The notes beneath the pieces are model-generated. The model ran no database searches. It was not told the DNA's origin and worked only from the letters and a program-made list of their open reading frames with translations. The position numbers and the translations under genes are program-made. Shown here in pieces: positions 31,645-35,007 of a stretch of DNA of 35,007 nucleotides (within the stretch, counting starts at the first letter, position 1; the number at the start of each line of letters is the position of its first letter). The DNA is taken from NCBI GenBank assembly GCA_900617105.1, contig UYFQ01000208.1, forward strand, positions 1 through 35,007, in the 5' to 3' direction. Source of the stretch: Hydrurus foetidus. Its lineage: Eukaryota.

Positions 31645-34200
31645 ATGAGTGATAATGGATCTGAAGACGAGTTCGAGCTGTCCAACACAGACTCTCCGCC
31701 GGCTCTTGCCGACCTCCTTCAACATCCGTTCAGAACTCTGATCGAAGCAGCTCAACCCATCTTCACTGGTCGAGTTACAAGATCTAGGACAGGAGCAATT
31801 CCTCCTTTAGAAAATCCAAATAGTGATTTTCTAGACGAGGTGGAATTAGCCCTTCAAAATCAGGAGGTTGTTCCGACACCACCTTTAGCACCTCGGGCGC
31901 GGAATCTCGGAGCCACAGCGCCAACTTTATTTTCGGACAATTTGGAGGCTCAGGATGCAGAGACAAGATTTTCCTTCGCCGATGTGGCAAGGCTCATCGA
32001 CATTATGTCTTCTAAGATCCAACAGCCTCCACCGTTGGTCTCCCAACCGAAATCAACAGTTGGATCTGTATCTATTCCAACTGATTCAACGCCCAAGGCT
32101 TCTTCTATCCTATCGGTGCCCATATCGGAATACCTGGATACCACCTCTGCGCAATCGAAATTCTTCTTTTCGATGCCCAAGTTTTCCAACTCTGGGAAGG
32201 ACAACCGCGACAACATGGAAACGTTCATGGTCGCTCTAGGTGAATGTAAACTTCTTACATTAGCCAAAGGCGATCGTGAGTTACCAGTCATTACTGCTCG
32301 GAACCCTGGAGGGTATTCACCTAGGTCACTGGTATTAGCAGAAGAAGGATTGTATGATGTCATCCCAGCCGATGACATCTACAAAAGATTACACGATTTA
32401 GATCGATTACTGGTTATTCTCAATATGGTTACTGGGAAAGATCTACACTATTTGATCAAGCGTGTGATTGCCGACAACGATGCGGTCCTATGGTTCAAGA
32501 CAATCTATGATCACATCAACGGCACAAAGAACAGCGACATCAGGAAGGCAACGGATCAGCTCCACTCCCTGAAGCTCAAGTCCACACAAACCATTCAGGA
32601 GAATGTGGCAACTATCGAAGAGGCCTTCAGAGTCCTCAAAGTCGCAAGTGGCGTGCCCGTCACTGATGACCAAAAGCTTTATCATCTACAAGAAAAGCTG
32701 GAGCATGATGCAAGATTCAGCGTCTTATCAATCATGGCCTCATCAAAGACGTCAAAGGCATCCTACGACGACACCATCAAATACCTTGTGCTTCTTGATC
32801 CTGCCCCAGCGGTAGCTCACAAGATGGCTTCCCTTACTCCAACCTTGGAGCTGTGCAGACGTCACATCGCTGGCCTATGTACCAACGGTTCCTCATGCAA
32901 GTATTCACATGCAGCAGCGCCGCCAAACAAGGGAGCACCATCTGACAAGAAGCCCAACAAGAACCCACCTCCTCTCAAGAAAGATCAGAAGACTCCACCG
33001 AAGTTTCCTTTCAAGAAACCAATCATCGTGTCAGATTCCCATCGGTCACTGGTTGGATATCCCAAAGGAGTTGCAACGGCAAAGAATCCAGCTGGATATT
33101 CGCTGAACCAACTTACAACCATCAGGACTTTACAATCTGCTGATGTTGACGGCTGGGCAACAGGAGATCCTCAGTATTTCAATGGCGATGGATCTAGCAA
33201 CCATATCGATCGGTTCAATGTTCTTCGCTTTAAAGAACAATCAACGACATCCATTGCAGAGTTCCCAGAGTTCTACCACCTTGAGCCCTTTCCAAGACTT
33301 CGTGAGATCAGGCGTCACCTGTTCACAATGCTCAACTCGGTCGAGAAGTATAACAGATTCGCCGGCTCATCTCCCAGCGACTACGATGGATCTCCTACTG
33401 ATCCTCTCTCCGGGATTGTTGTCAGCTTCCAAGACCTGACAGCAGCTGAACCAAGGATGGTACACATCTTGGTGGCATTCACATGGCTTTCAGAGAGTCC
33501 AACCATCTCGAGATCCGTGAAAATCAGAGAAGATGTTCGTACAGCAGACAAACGACTTATGCGAATGCTCTACAAAATTGGAAACAGGTTCTTGAACGCC
33601 GACGTGTTGATTCCAGACAGGGAGGGTTCCGAAAATTTCAGTTATATGAACTTCAACCCTCTCTCCGACAAATTCTATCATTCCGACGACTATGGGTTTT
33701 ACCAATCAAACATGGGAAACGTGGAGAAGTACTTTGTGGCTATCAGATACACTTTGGCTATTATTTACGACTTCATGTCATTCTGCGCGCAACTACTTCG
33801 TGATGCAGTGCAAATGCAAGCTGACGAATCCCAGACAAGAGCAAATGTGTTATTCACATTGAATACATATCAAACCAACGCACAGTTCTTGGATCAGATA
33901 GTCTTCCACGATGCTTTCTCTGCAATCATCAACAACATCAAACCAATGCCTCCAGCACCACAGTCTTATGCATTGCAGACAAGCCCCATCACGACATCAT
34001 ATTCACGTATGAGTGCCATTAACAGAGAGGACCTGCTTAGTGAGACGACTGACCACACTGAAGAAAATGATGATGATAATGATGACGAATATAGTGACGA
34101 TGAATCAGAAGGTGATGACATAGACATGACTCCACCGGGGTCATCATCTGATCATCACAGGAGATGCCAAGAAGACCTCAATACAATCACCCATACGTGA
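31645..34200 (+). CDS. Gag-like protein with a CCCH zinc finger and a long C-terminal extension
   Basis: Copia-gag-like helical core (DAVLWFKTIYDHING...QENVATIEEAFRVLKVASGVPVTDDQKLYHLQEKL) and CRRHIAGLCTNGSSCKYSH (C-x7-C-x5-C-x3-H). Confidence 0.75.
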   Translation: MSDNGSEDEFELSNTDSPPALADLLQHPFRTLIEAAQPIFTGRVTRSRTGAIPPLENPNSDFLDEVELALQNQEVVPTPPLAPRARNLGATAPTLFSDNLEAQDAETRFSFADVARLIDIMSSKIQQPPPLVSQPKSTVGSVSIPTDSTPKASSILSVPISEYLDTTSAQSKFFFSMPKFSNSGKDNRDNMETFMVALGECKLLTLAKGDRELPVITARNPGGYSPRSLVLAEEGLYDVIPADDIYKRLHDLDRLLVILNMVTGKDLHYLIKRVIADNDAVLWFKTIYDHINGTKNSDIRKATDQLHSLKLKSTQTIQENVATIEEAFRVLKVASGVPVTDDQKLYHLQEKLEHDARFSVLSIMASSKTSKASYDDTIKYLVLLDPAPAVAHKMASLTPTLELCRRHIAGLCTNGSSCKYSHAAAPPNKGAPSDKKPNKNPPPLKKDQKTPPKFPFKKPIIVSDSHRSLVGYPKGVATAKNPAGYSLNQLTTIRTLQSADVDGWATGDPQYFNGDGSSNHIDRFNVLRFKEQSTTSIAEFPEFYHLEPFPRLREIRRHLFTMLNSVEKYNRFAGSSPSDYDGSPTDPLSGIVVSFQDLTAAEPRMVHILVAFTWLSESPTISRSVKIREDVRTADKRLMRMLYKIGNRFLNADVLIPDREGSENFSYMNFNPLSDKFYHSDDYGFYQSNMGNVEKYFVAIRYTLAIIYDFMSFCAQLLRDAVQMQADESQTRANVLFTLNTYQTNAQFLDQIVFHDAFSAIINNIKPMPPAPQSYALQTSPITTSYSRMSAINREDLLSETTDHTEENDDDNDDEYSDDESEGDDIDMTPPGSSSDHHRRCQEDLNTITHT

Positions 34201-35007
34201 TGGGTCATAAAAGCAGTCTACGGGCGTCAATCCAGACTGATACCAAGCGTCCAGCACGCAGGAAGATCACCAAAACATTAGATGACAATGAGTTCAAGGA
34301 GACACCGGGAACATCCAGCTCAATGCATGCTCCACCAATGCTTCAAGACCCTCCTCTTGTTACTGATAATATTGTTCCAGCACTTAAGACTGCTGGTGTA
34401 CCTCGTATGATTGTATCAGTCCCATATCCGATCAAGGAGGAAGAGCAGCAACCATTGCAGCTAGAGCATCCTCCCATGGCACTCGACTCTCAGCAATCTA
34501 CACAAGATATTTTGCATCCTCCAATGGCAGATCTGGCAACCCCTGAGCCATATCGAATGCGCACTCCACCAGCCAAATCACCATCAAGAGATTCAGTGTC
34601 TGCCACACGTCGTGCAAAAGCAAGAGCACTGGCTGAGAAAAAGAGTCTCAACTTACTTACAGTTACAGACAAAGACAGCAAATTCATGTCATTCAAGAAG
34701 ACAAGTCACAAGACAGTCATTGACAGTGGTGCATCTACATCTGGTACTGGATTGCGCAGCAGCCTCCGTGACCTTAGACCTACATCATGCAGTGTTTCAG
34801 CAGCTTTCGGGGAGACTGCGCAGCCTACTGAGATGGGACTACTCCCACCATTTATGCTCAAGACTATTGTTATTGACCAAATGAATGATACCACACTGCT
34901 CTCAGTGTCTCAAGCGTGTGCAAAGGGATTTGTGGGCATCTTCACCTCTAAGGACTGCAAGTTCTTCAATGCGATAGATGTCATCCCACACCTTCAGACA
35001 ATTTCAA
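34152..35007 (+). CDS. Continuation in the -1 frame: linker and Copia aspartic protease (open to window end; absent from the ORF track)
   Basis: Frame open from 34152 reads ...KTVIDSGASTSGTG...VSAAFGE...TTLLSVSQACAKGFVGIF, with DSGAS active site at 34722 and an LLSVSQ motif. Confidence 0.85.

Larger units (their letters stand above)
30661..35007 (+). mobile_element. Second Copia-like LTR retrotransposon, 5' part (runs off the window); candidate 5' LTR 30661-31429
   Basis: Gag-like ORF followed by a Copia-type protease. The candidate LTR has TGATT...AATCA termini and ACGT/ACAT-rich repeats; its boundaries cannot be confirmed without the 3' LTR. Confidence 0.7.

Overview
Eukaryotic genomic DNA with many short GT-AG introns and microsatellite-rich introns. 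A stramenopile, possibly a chrysophyte, is inferred from the PT-repeat stalk and the 'SHDW..DEL.R' type of TIR domain. Left to right: (1) the 3' exons of a RAP-domain gene; (2) a tyrosine-recombinase retrotransposon with split direct repeats (Ngaro/PAT-like; gag-like, RT/RNase H and YR ORFs open), bracketed by a 1,277-bp near-identical duplication of host DNA; (3) a decayed protein-kinase gene with a SAM-like N-terminus, split by two nested hAT elements, whose start codon and upstream region are amplified as a 6 x ~340-bp tandem array; (4) the main finding, a 16-exon, phase-consistent minus-strand gene (17066-23045, about 1,300 aa) not visible as a unit in the ORF track, encoding a predicted single-pass receptor with Cys-rich + Gly-rich ectodomain, PT stalk, TM helix, two SAM-like repeats and a C-terminal TIR domain retaining the putative catalytic Glu; (5) a young full-length but frameshifted Ty1/Copia element inserted at that gene's 5' end; (6) a tRNA-derived SINE-like sequence; (7) the 5' part of a second Copia-like element with a CCCH finger and a ~600-codon gag-protease insert. 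All domain calls are by-eye motif recognition; no database searches were run.
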